This document shows positions 1 to 9,240 of a stretch of 64,000 nt of DNA, one piece after another. Both the position numbers and the translations under genes were made by a program. Within the stretch, counting starts at the first letter, position 1. Every line of letters starts with the position of its first letter. The stretch is from a virus: positions 3,960-67,959 of IMG/VR virus record IMGVR_UViG_3300035670_000174. The stretch is one strand, 5' to 3'. Below the pieces are notes generated by a model that saw nothing but the letters and a program-made list of their open reading frames with translations, did no database searches and had not been told where the DNA came from.

Positions 1-2
1 CA

Positions 3-194
3 GATCAATACAAAGTTCCTGGAAATTCTATTCAAGCATATCATAATTATTATATTGGTGATAAACAAAGATTTGCAGTTTGGACTAATCGTCCAATCCC
101 TCAATGGTATGTAGATGCATATCGTGCACAAAACCATAAAGCAATTGCTATAAAAGAATCAGATAAAGTAAGATTCAAGATGGTACCAGCATAA
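3..194 (+). CDS. C-terminal part of pyrimidine-dimer DNA glycosylase (denV-like) family protein, truncated at window edge
   Basis: Hand translation, frame 3: DQYKVPGNSIQAYHNYYIGDKQRFAVWTNRPIPQWY..., TAA at 192-194. Matches the 'AY.NYY...K..FA.W..R..P.W' tail of this phage family. Confidence 0.6.
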   Translation, partial: DQYKVPGNSIQAYHNYYIGDKQRFAVWTNRPIPQWYVDAYRAQNHKAIAIKESDKVRFKMVPA

Positions 195-215
195 ATACAG
201 ATGTAAGGAGTTATT

Positions 216-464
216 ATGCCAACGTATTCATTTCGAAATAAAGAAACTGGTGATGTGTTCGATCAATCTATGCGTATTTCAGAACGCGAAGATTTTCTCA
301 AACAAAATCCCCATTTAGAATCTATCATCACTGGTGCGCCTGCGTTTACTGGCGACCATATTAGTGCTGTCAAAAAACACGACACAGGGTTTAAGGAGGT
401 TCTTCAACGAATTCATGAAAAAACACCAGGAAGTCAGTTAAATAAAACATCTAGTCAATTATAA
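216..464 (+). CDS. FmdB-like small regulatory protein
   Basis: MPTYSF start, AAGGAG RBS, typical position upstream of phoH in T4-like phages. Confidence 0.7.
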   Translation: MPTYSFRNKETGDVFDQSMRISEREDFLKQNPHLESIITGAPAFTGDHISAVKKHDTGFKEVLQRIHEKTPGSQLNKTSSQL

Positions 465-479
465 TTAAAAGGAAGACTA

Positions 480-1262
480 ATGGCTCGTAAACCATCAGCA
501 ACTAAAACATTAGAAAATGAAGAACACTGTGAGCCAAGAGAAGGAACAAGAAGCAATAAACCTATTAATAATAGTTTAAAAATTAGAATTGATGATTTAA
601 AAACTTTTGATCCATTAACATCAAATCAAAAGTTATTTTTTGATGCATATAAAAGGCAAGACTACTTTATAGCATTACATGGTGTGGCAGGAACAGGTAA
701 AACATTTATTGCTTTATATAAAGCAATAGAAGAAGTCTTAGACAAGAGTAATCCTTTTAATAAAATTATTATTGTTCGTTCTGCAGTTCCTTCAAGAGAA
801 GTTGGGCATCTTCCAGGGTCTATTGACGAAAAAACTGAAATTTATCGTCAACCTTATCAGCAAATTTGCCAAACTTTATTTGGTAGACCTGATGCATACC
901 AAAGACTTGAAGAACAACATCATATTGAATTTATTTCTACATCATTTATTCGTGGTATGTCTTTTGATGATGCTATTATTATCGTAGATGAGATGCAAAA
1001 TTTAACCTACGAAGAAATCGATACAGTTATGACTCGTGTTGGTTATCGCTCTAAAATTATTTGGTGTGGTGACTATCGTCAAACTGATTTAAATAAACGT
1101 AAAAACGATATGAGCGGTATTTTAAAGTTTTTTGATATTGCCTCTCATATGTCAGCATTCACTCGTATTGAATTTACACCAGATGACATTGTTCGTTCAT
1201 CGTTGGTAAAAGAATATATTCTTGCTAAATTAAAATACGAAGATCTAGTAGAAGGAAACTAA
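480..1262 (+). CDS. phoH: PhoH-family ATPase
   Basis: Walker A GVAGTGKT, GHLPG, FIRGMSFDDAIIIVDEMQN, GDYRQTD motifs. Confidence 0.95.
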   Translation: MARKPSATKTLENEEHCEPREGTRSNKPINNSLKIRIDDLKTFDPLTSNQKLFFDAYKRQDYFIALHGVAGTGKTFIALYKAIEEVLDKSNPFNKIIIVRSAVPSREVGHLPGSIDEKTEIYRQPYQQICQTLFGRPDAYQRLEEQHHIEFISTSFIRGMSFDDAIIIVDEMQNLTYEEIDTVMTRVGYRSKIIWCGDYRQTDLNKRKNDMSGILKFFDIASHMSAFTRIEFTPDDIVRSSLVKEYILAKLKYEDLVEGN

Positions 1263-1263
1263 A

Positions 1264-1887
1264 ATGTTAATTACAGGTGCACAATTTAAACAACTATTCC
1301 CAAAATCTCAAGATCCAGATACTTGGGCAGAATCCATGAATAGTGTTTTTCCAACATATGAGATTAATACACCACAACGTGTTGCAGCTTTTCTGGCTCA
1401 ATGTGGTCATGAGTCTGGTGGGTGGACAGTATTCGAAGAAAATCTAAACTATTCTGCTAAAGGACTAATGGGAATTTTCAAAAAGTATTTCCCTACAGAA
1501 GAATTGGCTAATCAATATGCTCGTCAGCCACAAAAAATTGCTAATCGTGTTTATGCTAATCGTATGGGCAATGGTGATGAATCTTCTGGTGACGGATGGT
1601 TGTATCGTGGACGTGGTCCAATTCAGTTGACTGGAAAAGCAAATTATATTTCTTTTGCAAAAGATATGTTTGAAGACTGGGAAAATGTAGTTCAAAATCC
1701 AGACTGGGTTACTGCAGATCGTGATTTTGCTCTTATGTCTGCTATTTGGTTTTGGAATAAAAACAAATTAAATAAAGAAGCAGACGCTGGTGATATTAAA
1801 ACAATGACACGTAAGATTAATGGTGGATATATTGGTCTTGAAGATCGAATTCATCATTATGAAGAAGCCATTCATCTTCTAGGATAA
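1264..1887 (+). CDS. GH19 chitinase-like endolysin
   Basis: AFLAQCGHESGG, EENLNYS, YRGRGPIQLTGKANY, INGGYIGLEDR. Confidence 0.92.
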   Translation: MLITGAQFKQLFPKSQDPDTWAESMNSVFPTYEINTPQRVAAFLAQCGHESGGWTVFEENLNYSAKGLMGIFKKYFPTEELANQYARQPQKIANRVYANRMGNGDESSGDGWLYRGRGPIQLTGKANYISFAKDMFEDWENVVQNPDWVTADRDFALMSAIWFWNKNKLNKEADAGDIKTMTRKINGGYIGLEDRIHHYEEAIHLLG

Positions 1888-1889
1888 TT

Positions 1890-2483
1890 ATGATATATTA
1901 TCATAATGATTTTATTGGAGTTTTTGAAAATGTCTTGACGAAAGATGAGTGTCAAGACATTATTAATTATTTTGATAATTCCGAAAAGATCGGTGATGTC
2001 TGGTCTAGACAATTAAGTGAAAATAAAATTGCAAAAACAAAGAAAAATGATTCAACATGTTTTATAGATTTTAGAAAAGAATATTGTTTCACAGGCGCAC
2101 CTTTTATTAATATGATTAATGAAAAGGTATATGAATGTTATCTCTTATATAAAGAAACATATGACATACTTTCTTCTGTAGAAGAACATATACTAACGCC
2201 ATCTATTCGGATACAAAAAACTCAAGTAGGTGGTGGTTATCATTTATGGCATTGTGAACATGGTAGTATTCAAGTTGGTAGTAGACTTCTTGCGTGGACA
2301 ATATATCTAAATGATGTACATGAAGGTGGAGAAACAGAGTTCTTATATCAGCATATGAGAGTTCCATCAAAGCAAGGGTCTGTTTGTATATTTCCTTCTG
2401 GATTCACTCATGCACATCGCGGTAATCCACCTCTAAGTAATGACAAATATATTATCACTTCTTGGATAGAATATATTAAATGA
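1890..2483 (+). CDS. 2OG-Fe(II) oxygenase (prolyl-hydroxylase-like)
   Basis: WHCE (HxE), YLNDV..GGETEF, FP....H.HRGNPP....KYIITSW. Confidence 0.9.
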   Translation: MIYYHNDFIGVFENVLTKDECQDIINYFDNSEKIGDVWSRQLSENKIAKTKKNDSTCFIDFRKEYCFTGAPFINMINEKVYECYLLYKETYDILSSVEEHILTPSIRIQKTQVGGGYHLWHCEHGSIQVGSRLLAWTIYLNDVHEGGETEFLYQHMRVPSKQGSVCIFPSGFTHAHRGNPPLSNDKYIITSWIEYIK

Positions 2484-3265
2484 ATCATACGTACAAAACT
2501 ATTTTTATTAGTGATGTACATTTAGGTACTCGTGATTCGCAAGCTGAAAAATTAAATAACTTTTTGAAACATAACACCTGCGAGACTTTATATCTTGTTG
2601 GTGATATTATTGATGCTTGGAAGATACAACAGAATAAGTGGCGTTGGAAACAATCACATACAAATGTAGTTCGTAGAATTCTTGGTCACGCTAAACGTGG
2701 CACAAGAGTTGTGTATGTCGCTGGTAATCACGATGAATTTTTAAGACCAATGATTCCTTATGGATTCTCATTTGGTCTAATTGAAATACAAAATCAAACT
2801 GAGCACGTAGGTGTAGATGGAAAACGATATTTGGTTACACATGGAGATTTGTTTGATGGTATAACAAGACTTGCTCCTTGGTTAGCATTTCTTGGTGATA
2901 AATTATATGACTTAGTGCTTGATTGGAATTCAAGATTTAATTGGATTCGTCATAAGATGGGATTTGGTTATTGGTCATTATCAAAATATTTAAAGCATAA
3001 AGTAAAATCTGCAGCAGACTTTATGTTTCAGTTTGAAAAAAATATTTCAGCTTATTGTAAAAAACGTGGGTTTGATGGTGTAATTTGTGGGCACATTCAC
3101 CATGCTGAAATAAAAGAAATTGATGGTGTCGTTTATATGAACGATGGTGATTGGGTTGAATCATGTACTGCTTTGGTTGAACATCACGATGGAAGATGGG
3201 ATATCGTAACTTGGACTAAGGAGAAAGACTATGAAAGTTCGCAAACTAATCAAGAAAATGTATGA
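2480..3265 (+). CDS. PlcP/LpxH-like calcineurin-family metallophosphoesterase (probable phospholipase C)
   Basis: SDVHLG, GDIIDAW, GNHDE, HGDLFD, ICGHIHH, GDWVESCTALVEH motifs. Confidence 0.85.
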   Translation: MNHTYKTIFISDVHLGTRDSQAEKLNNFLKHNTCETLYLVGDIIDAWKIQQNKWRWKQSHTNVVRRILGHAKRGTRVVYVAGNHDEFLRPMIPYGFSFGLIEIQNQTEHVGVDGKRYLVTHGDLFDGITRLAPWLAFLGDKLYDLVLDWNSRFNWIRHKMGFGYWSLSKYLKHKVKSAADFMFQFEKNISAYCKKRGFDGVICGHIHHAEIKEIDGVVYMNDGDWVESCTALVEHHDGRWDIVTWTKEKDYESSQTNQENV

Positions 3266-3362
3266 AGCATGTTTGAAGCATGATAAAGAACAAGAAAAAA
3301 AACTTTGGCGTAAAGCACTAAAGAAATCTTTAAAGCATAAACACACTGAAGCGATTAAATGA
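3231..3362 (+). CDS. 43-aa basic hypothetical protein (not in ORF track)
   Basis: AAGGAG RBS, ATG 3231, MKVRKLIKKMYEACLKHDKEQEKKLWRKALKKSLKHKHTEAIK. Stop overlaps next ATG (ATGA). Confidence 0.65.
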   Translation: MKVRKLIKKMYEACLKHDKEQEKKLWRKALKKSLKHKHTEAIK

Positions 3363-4069
3363 AATTAGAAGATAAGATTACGATTGTTGTTCCATGTAAG
3401 AATGAAGAGAATTATATTCATCATTTATTAGATCATCTAAGAAATCAAAAGATTGGCAACACTCGTATCATTATTGCTGATGCCTCCACGGATAATACTA
3501 GAGAAGTTATTCAAAGAGCAAAAGGATATCTTAATGTTGAAGTTATCGATGGTGGACCAGTTTCTGTCGCAAAGAATAATGGAGCGAAATTAGTAACTAC
3601 ACCATATATTTTATTCATTGATAGTGATGTTAGATTCTTTTCTCCAAATACTATTAAAGATGCCGTCACGTCTTTAGAATACTACAATTTAGATCTAGTT
3701 GGTTTATATGCCAAGTGTTATGATAATAGTATTCCAGCGAAGATTGGATTCTCTATATTCAATCTAATTAATGGTATTATGCAGCATTTTATACCATTCG
3801 CTGTTGGTGCGTTCTTTTTAACTCGTAGAGATAAATTCGAAGAGTTGGGTGGATTCCCTGCAAAATATGAAACTAGTGAAGATTTCTTTTTATCTAAAAA
3901 ATATGATGTAAATAAGTTTGCTCTAGTTAAACATTATTTTGGACAAGACAGCAGAAGATTTCAAAAAATGGGTTACTTTGGTATGGCTTGGTATCTAATT
4001 AAAAACTTTTGGAATCGTAACAATCAAAAATATTGGGACTCGATAGATTATTCTAAATACTGGAAATGA
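3359..4069 (+). CDS. Glycosyltransferase family 2
   Basis: TIVVPCKNEE, DASTDNT, FIDSD (DxD), GGF....SEDF. Confidence 0.9.
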   Translation: MKLEDKITIVVPCKNEENYIHHLLDHLRNQKIGNTRIIIADASTDNTREVIQRAKGYLNVEVIDGGPVSVAKNNGAKLVTTPYILFIDSDVRFFSPNTIKDAVTSLEYYNLDLVGLYAKCYDNSIPAKIGFSIFNLINGIMQHFIPFAVGAFFLTRRDKFEELGGFPAKYETSEDFFLSKKYDVNKFALVKHYFGQDSRRFQKMGYFGMAWYLIKNFWNRNNQKYWDSIDYSKYWK

Positions 4070-4719
4070 AAAACTTTATACATCATGATATACCCAAACT
4101 TGAACGTATCACCAACTCTGATGGTTCGAGACTATACGCAACCCCATCTGGTAAGTCCTATCCATCCGTCACAACGATTACAGGACAACTTAAAAAGAAA
4201 GCCATCATGGAATGGCGAGCTAGAGTCGGCGCAGAAGAGGCTAATAGAGTCTCTTCCAGAGCATCAAGTAGAGGTACAAGAATCCACTCCTTGTGTGAAG
4301 AATATTTGCTTGGAAACGATGCTAACCCAGATATATTTGATGCGGAGATGTTCCACTCAATTCGTGGACAATTAGACTGTATAAATAATATACATGCTCT
4401 AGAAACCCCATTATTTTCAGATTTTTTAGAAGTTGCTGGTACAGTAGATTGTATAGCAGAATTCGAGGGTAAGTTATCGGTTATAGACTTCAAAACTTCT
4501 AGTCGTCCAAAGTCTAGGGATGATATTCATGATTATTTTATGCAGACCGCTGCATACGCTGTAGCATTCGAGGAATTGACTAAAATCCCTGTTTCGAGAC
4601 TAGTTGTTATAATGGCTGTAGAGAACGATTCTCCATTAATTTTTAAAGAAAAACGAGACACATGGATAGACTCTTTTAGGGATTTGCGTCAGGATTACAA
4701 ACGCCTAAATAATGTCTAG
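4066..4719 (+). CDS. PD-(D/E)XK exonuclease
   Basis: YPSVTT, RGTRIH, AGTVDCIA...VIDFKTS, YFMQTAAYA; common T4-like phage nuclease. Confidence 0.88.
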   Translation: MKNFIHHDIPKLERITNSDGSRLYATPSGKSYPSVTTITGQLKKKAIMEWRARVGAEEANRVSSRASSRGTRIHSLCEEYLLGNDANPDIFDAEMFHSIRGQLDCINNIHALETPLFSDFLEVAGTVDCIAEFEGKLSVIDFKTSSRPKSRDDIHDYFMQTAAYAVAFEELTKIPVSRLVVIMAVENDSPLIFKEKRDTWIDSFRDLRQDYKRLNNV

Positions 4720-4760
4720 ACATAAATAGTAAGTCTTATTAACATAAGAAGGATAACAAA

Positions 4761-5459
4761 ATGCAAGCTGCTCTATTCGTAGATCAATTAGAACAAGGTA
4801 ATGAAGCAATGTTCCGCGCTTCAGAACTACAAGTTAAAGCATATTTCGATTCAAAGCCATCAAAAGATGAGTTAATCGACCATTTTAAAGGTCGTATGGT
4901 TAACGAAAGAATGAACCTAATCGAAATTTCTGCTCAAATCGCTGCAGCACCTGCTGACGCAGATGTACAGCACTTAAATCTCCTTTCCAAACAAGCGCAA
5001 GACGAAGCCAAACATTTTCGTATGGTTAAAAATGTTATCGAGCATATCTCTGGTGAAAAACTAGACGTAGCTGCAGCTGTTGAAGAGCATTCTAAGAAAT
5101 TAGACCAGAAGGGTGCTGCTCTTATTAAGAAATATGGCGCAGACAAAGATCCATTAATGCTAGCTGTATATCAGTTAATCGCTGAAGGTCGTGCTGCTCG
5201 TAACTGGAAAATGATGTCAGAGTGTATCGAAGATCAGTTTATTGCTAAGACATATGCAAAAATTGCTCGCGATGAAAAGTTTCACTCAAGTATCGGTCGC
5301 AATGAACTTCTAAAACTTTGTGATGATCCAATTAATCAACAGAAAGTTATGGCTGTTGTTGACCAAATGCGTAAAGATCTATTCCTAATCACTTGTGCTA
5401 AATCTGGTATGAACCCAGAAAGCAAGAAGATTATGGAAGATGCTTATGGTCCACTATAA
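4761..5459 (+). CDS. Ferritin-like diiron four-helix-bundle protein (paralogue 1)
   Basis: E...DEAKH...AEGRA...DEKFH ligand pattern; AAGGA RBS. Confidence 0.8.
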   Translation: MQAALFVDQLEQGNEAMFRASELQVKAYFDSKPSKDELIDHFKGRMVNERMNLIEISAQIAAAPADADVQHLNLLSKQAQDEAKHFRMVKNVIEHISGEKLDVAAAVEEHSKKLDQKGAALIKKYGADKDPLMLAVYQLIAEGRAARNWKMMSECIEDQFIAKTYAKIARDEKFHSSIGRNELLKLCDDPINQQKVMAVVDQMRKDLFLITCAKSGMNPESKKIMEDAYGPL

Positions 5460-5472
5460 TAAGGAATCTAAA

Positions 5473-6201
5473 ATGACTTCAGGTAAACAGTTTGTTAAAG
5501 AATTAAAAGAGAGTTTTGAGACTCTTTATGGTGTAGCTGATAAAACTACACGTGAGTATTTTGCTACCAATCCAAGCAAAGAGCAAATGCTTGCTTACTT
5601 TAAAATTCGTCTATTCAATGAGCGTTGGAACATGGTCGAATTGAGCCAAGCAGTTGCTAATCTTCCACATGACACTCCAATGGAAGAAGCACAAATGTTA
5701 GCAAAACAAGCATACGATGAAGCAAATCACTTCCGTATGGTTAAAGAAGTTCTTGACCACATTGCTGGTGAAGAAGTTTCTGTTGCTGAAATTGGTAAAA
5801 CACATGGTAAGAAAATGCCATCTCAGGGTGCTTATATTCTAGACAAGTATAATGCTCAGAATGACGAACTAGCACTATCACTATATCAGTTCCTAGCTGA
5901 AGGTCGTGCTGCAGTTGTTTGGCAAGCAATGGCTGAGTCAATCCAAGATCCATATGTTGCTTCTCGTTATGCAAAGATTGCACGTGATGAAAAGTTCCAC
6001 AGCAACATTGGTCGCCTAAAATTAGAAAAATTATGTGAGTCAGTTGAGAATCAAGAGCGCGCTAAGAAAATGGTTCAAAACTTTATTTGGGATCTTTATG
6101 AGAATACTTGTTTGTCTATCGCACAAGTTTCTGAAGAAGGTCGTGTTGCAATGAAACAAGCATATGGTCAACCAACTCGTGAGTTGTCAGTGGCTCTTTA
6201 A
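5473..6201 (+). CDS. Ferritin-like diiron four-helix-bundle protein (paralogue 2)
   Basis: E...DEANH...AEGRA...DEKFH. Start moved to ATG 5473, behind the AAGGA RBS. Confidence 0.8.
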   Translation: MTSGKQFVKELKESFETLYGVADKTTREYFATNPSKEQMLAYFKIRLFNERWNMVELSQAVANLPHDTPMEEAQMLAKQAYDEANHFRMVKEVLDHIAGEEVSVAEIGKTHGKKMPSQGAYILDKYNAQNDELALSLYQFLAEGRAAVVWQAMAESIQDPYVASRYAKIARDEKFHSNIGRLKLEKLCESVENQERAKKMVQNFIWDLYENTCLSIAQVSEEGRVAMKQAYGQPTRELSVAL

Positions 6202-6216
6202 TATCATCATGTAGTT

Positions 6217-6768
6217 ATGAGAATTTTGATATCACAGAGGGAGGTCATTGTGCCTCCCTCATTTTTTACCTTTGATGCTTTGGAACGTAGTTGGTACACT
6301 TTGTTTAGTGAACACCAACTAATCCCAATCCCAAACATTTGCAAAATAGATCCAACTATTAATTATGACTGTTTAGTTCTAACAGGTGGTCCAGATAGTG
6401 TTGAAAGACACATCACTGAAAATCTCCATTTTAAATATGCACTAAATCAAAACAAACCTATCATTGGGATTTGTCATGGTGCATTTGCAGTTAATGATTT
6501 AACTGGTGGTAAAAATGGTAAAGTAGAAGGACATTGGCAAAACGATCATGCAATTTACATGGAAAACCAAGAATTTCTTGTGAATAGTTATCATGAACAG
6601 TCTATTGCAAGTATTGGTCCAGAAATGGTTGTCGTTGCAACCGATGAAGAGTATAATATAGAAGCATTTAAACATAAGTCTAAACCAATTTTTGGGATTG
6701 TGTGGCATCCAGAAAGAATGGAAGTTCCAATTTTACCGATGGAGGTTAGACAACTACTGGGGATGTGA
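6217..6768 (+). CDS. Class I glutamine amidotransferase / peptidase C26 (PuuD-like)
   Basis: LTGGPD, GICHG nucleophile, NSYHEQ, WHPE. Confidence 0.88.
   Translation: MRILISQREVIVPPSFFTFDALERSWYTLFSEHQLIPIPNICKIDPTINYDCLVLTGGPDSVERHITENLHFKYALNQNKPIIGICHGAFAVNDLTGGKNGKVEGHWQNDHAIYMENQEFLVNSYHEQSIASIGPEMVVVATDEEYNIEAFKHKSKPIFGIVWHPERMEVPILPMEVRQLLGM
6237..6267 (+). terminator. Intrinsic terminator-like hairpin inside the GATase 5' coding region
   Basis: GAGGGAGG-TCATTGTG-CCTCCCTC followed by ATTTTTT. Confidence 0.6.
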
Positions 6769-8198
6769 TGGAATATATTATTTGGTGTTTGATTGGTACA
6801 TTATATGGAACACTAATCGGTGTTCTGCCAATGGCAGGTGCAACAACAGGACTATTGACAGTCTTTGCCCTCGCTCCATATTTTTTAGCAGATCCTTATC
6901 TTGGTATTGTCTTTATGACAAGTCTTGTAGCTGCATCTAGTACAGGTGATAGTTACACGAGCATTCTCACAGGTATTCCAGGTGGAGGACAAACAGCTGC
7001 ATCTATTATCGATGGTCACCCAATGGCATTACGAGGTGAAGCAGGAAGAGCGATTGGTATTTCTCTACTTGACAGCACAATCAATGGTGTTGTTTGGGGT
7101 ATAATTGCATTTGCCTTTCTTCCATTTTATAGTAAAATAATTTTATACTTTGGCGTTCCTGAGTTTGCTGCATTATTCTTGTTAAGTTTCTGTTGTGTTG
7201 GTATGTTAACGAGTAAGAATTTCTTTTATGGATTCCTTAGTGTAATTGTTGGATTGTATCTTGGATTGATTGGACTAGATCCAGGAACATCGTCTCCAAG
7301 ACTAACATTTGGTTGGGATTATCTTGATTCTGGAATTCAGATTCTTCCAATGATTGCTGGATTATTTGCCATTCCTGAATTGGTTGAAGGATGGAAACGT
7401 AGGCACTACGCTGTAGTAAAAATAGAAAATTACTACACACAACTATTCCAGGGATTTAAAGACTGTCTTGTTTATTGGCGTGATGTTGTTCGTGGTGGAT
7501 TCATAGGATTCTTCACTGGCATTCTTCCAGGTGCTGGTGGAACTATCGGTGATATGATGTCATATTCTGTCACTGTTGCTAAAAACCCTAAAGAACAATT
7601 TGGAAATGGTAACCCAAGAGGACTAGCTGGATGTGAAGGTGCAAACAATGCACAGAAAACATCTTCGCTTTTACCAACAATATTATTTGGTGTTCCAGCT
7701 GCACCATTTGCAGCAGTGATGATGGCGATATGTGTTTATTTCGGTATGTATATGGGTAGTCCAGAATTAGCAACTGACACAAAGTTTATTTGGTCTATTG
7801 GTGCTAGTTTTATTGCTGCGACTATCATTACATTTATTCTGGGAATTTTTATCACTAAATATGTAGTGAAGATACTTGAGATTCCATATTGGATCTATGC
7901 AACAGGTATCCTCTGTATAGTTGTTTGGAGTTGCTTTCAATATACTGGAACTCTTAACGATTTATACATTTTAATTATGTGTAGTGTTGTCGGACTAGGT
8001 GCCAAATACTTACACTTAAGTAGACCTGCGATTTTGTTATCTTTCATTGTCGCAGAGAAATTTGAGAATTATGCCCAACAAGCATATACGTTGTATAGTA
8101 TTGGTGATCTAATCCAACGACCACTAACAGTTGGGCTATTCTCATTGTGTTTGTTTATACTTTATTGGACAATACTAAGGAGAAAGCCAAATGTATAA
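6765..8198 (+). CDS. tctA: Tripartite tricarboxylate transporter permease TctA
   Basis: Polytopic; GVLPMAGA, SILTGIPG....AASIIDGHPMA..G.AGRAIG, GILPGAG, EGANNA, GVP. Confidence 0.9.
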   Translation: MMEYIIWCLIGTLYGTLIGVLPMAGATTGLLTVFALAPYFLADPYLGIVFMTSLVAASSTGDSYTSILTGIPGGGQTAASIIDGHPMALRGEAGRAIGISLLDSTINGVVWGIIAFAFLPFYSKIILYFGVPEFAALFLLSFCCVGMLTSKNFFYGFLSVIVGLYLGLIGLDPGTSSPRLTFGWDYLDSGIQILPMIAGLFAIPELVEGWKRRHYAVVKIENYYTQLFQGFKDCLVYWRDVVRGGFIGFFTGILPGAGGTIGDMMSYSVTVAKNPKEQFGNGNPRGLAGCEGANNAQKTSSLLPTILFGVPAAPFAAVMMAICVYFGMYMGSPELATDTKFIWSIGASFIAATIITFILGIFITKYVVKILEIPYWIYATGILCIVVWSCFQYTGTLNDLYILIMCSVVGLGAKYLHLSRPAILLSFIVAEKFENYAQQAYTLYSIGDLIQRPLTVGLFSLCLFILYWTILRRKPNV

Positions 8199-9240
8199 GT
8201 ACTTAATTGCAGCAGCACTCGCTGTTGTATCACTTACTGCTCGTGCAGAATATACTATGATTGTTCCAGATTCTCCTGGATCTGGTGGTGCAGTATGGGC
8301 ATCAGTCATCGCTAAACATCTTAGCAAATACACAGACGAACCAATCGTGTTGCAACATGTTCCAGGTGCACGCAATATTCCTGGAATGAATGAGTGGCAT
8401 AAAAAGTTTCGTCATGATGATAAAACCATGGTAATTAGTCTTGGTTCACATGCAGTAAATTTTTTGCTCGAGCCAGTTGACTACAATTTTAGTGATTACT
8501 CTGTTATTGGTATGATGAATCTTGATTTGATAGTTGGTCATAATAAAAATCATGATCCAAAAACACAGAAGTCTAAGATGGCAGGTGGTAATGCTCTAAA
8601 CGATGCACTTGCTGTTGGTATTATGATTTGTGGTCCACAACCAAATACTGATGCATATCTTGCTTGCTGGAAAGAGCGCATGACATGGGTTAATGGTGTT
8701 GCTGGAAATCAGATTCGACCAATGTATCTTCGTGGTGAAATTAACGTGACACGTGATCCACCAACTTCTTGGATTCGTTTCTATGAGAAAGAACCAAATA
8801 CAGTTGTTTGGTTTACGCATGGGTTGAAAGATCTAAAAACTGGTAAACAAATTGAAAACCCAAATTTCAAAGGTAAATTATTTGAAGATGTTTATAAGAA
8901 AACTTGGGGAGTATCACCATCTGGTGATTTGTTTGAAGCATATCATATGGCACGAACATTTAATAATGTTCTTCAAAAAGTTATTTGGGTTAACAAAGGT
9001 AATCCAAATGCAGAGAAACTTCGTGCTGCTATGAAAAAGATGTTGGCTGATCCAGAGGCAGTTAAAGCGATTGAAGAAGACTCTGGAAAGTATGAATGGG
9101 TTGTTGGTGAACATGCTGATAAGATTCGCCAAGATCTATTCAAGATGATTACAGAAAAGAGATTGCAGACTCTCGTTCAGTGGTATCAAGGTGCTTACGG
9201 AACAAAGAGTGTATACAAACCTGAATTAGTCACAAAGTGA
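8191..9240 (+). CDS. TctC/Bug-like periplasmic substrate-binding protein
   Basis: Signal peptide, IVPDSPGSGG..WA..IA..L....DEPIVLQHVPGA N-terminal Bug signature; follows tctA. Confidence 0.75.
   Translation: MYKYLIAAALAVVSLTARAEYTMIVPDSPGSGGAVWASVIAKHLSKYTDEPIVLQHVPGARNIPGMNEWHKKFRHDDKTMVISLGSHAVNFLLEPVDYNFSDYSVIGMMNLDLIVGHNKNHDPKTQKSKMAGGNALNDALAVGIMICGPQPNTDAYLACWKERMTWVNGVAGNQIRPMYLRGEINVTRDPPTSWIRFYEKEPNTVVWFTHGLKDLKTGKQIENPNFKGKLFEDVYKKTWGVSPSGDLFEAYHMARTFNNVLQKVIWVNKGNPNAEKLRAAMKKMLADPEAVKAIEEDSGKYEWVVGEHADKIRQDLFKMITEKRLQTLVQWYQGAYGTKSVYKPELVTK

Noticed and set aside
480-2483. PhoH and 2OG-Fe(II) oxygenase as novel AMGs
   Set aside because: Both are very common in aquatic T4-like phages.
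4066-4719. Cas4 / CRISPR system
   Set aside because: Lacks the four-Cys Fe-S pattern; no repeat-spacer array or other cas genes seen. It is the common T4-like exonuclease.
8196-8205. Second SlmA-like site (TAAGTACTTA) at the tctA/tctC junction
   Set aside because: Lacks the flanking G and C of the core and lies in overlapping coding sequence; plausible by chance.
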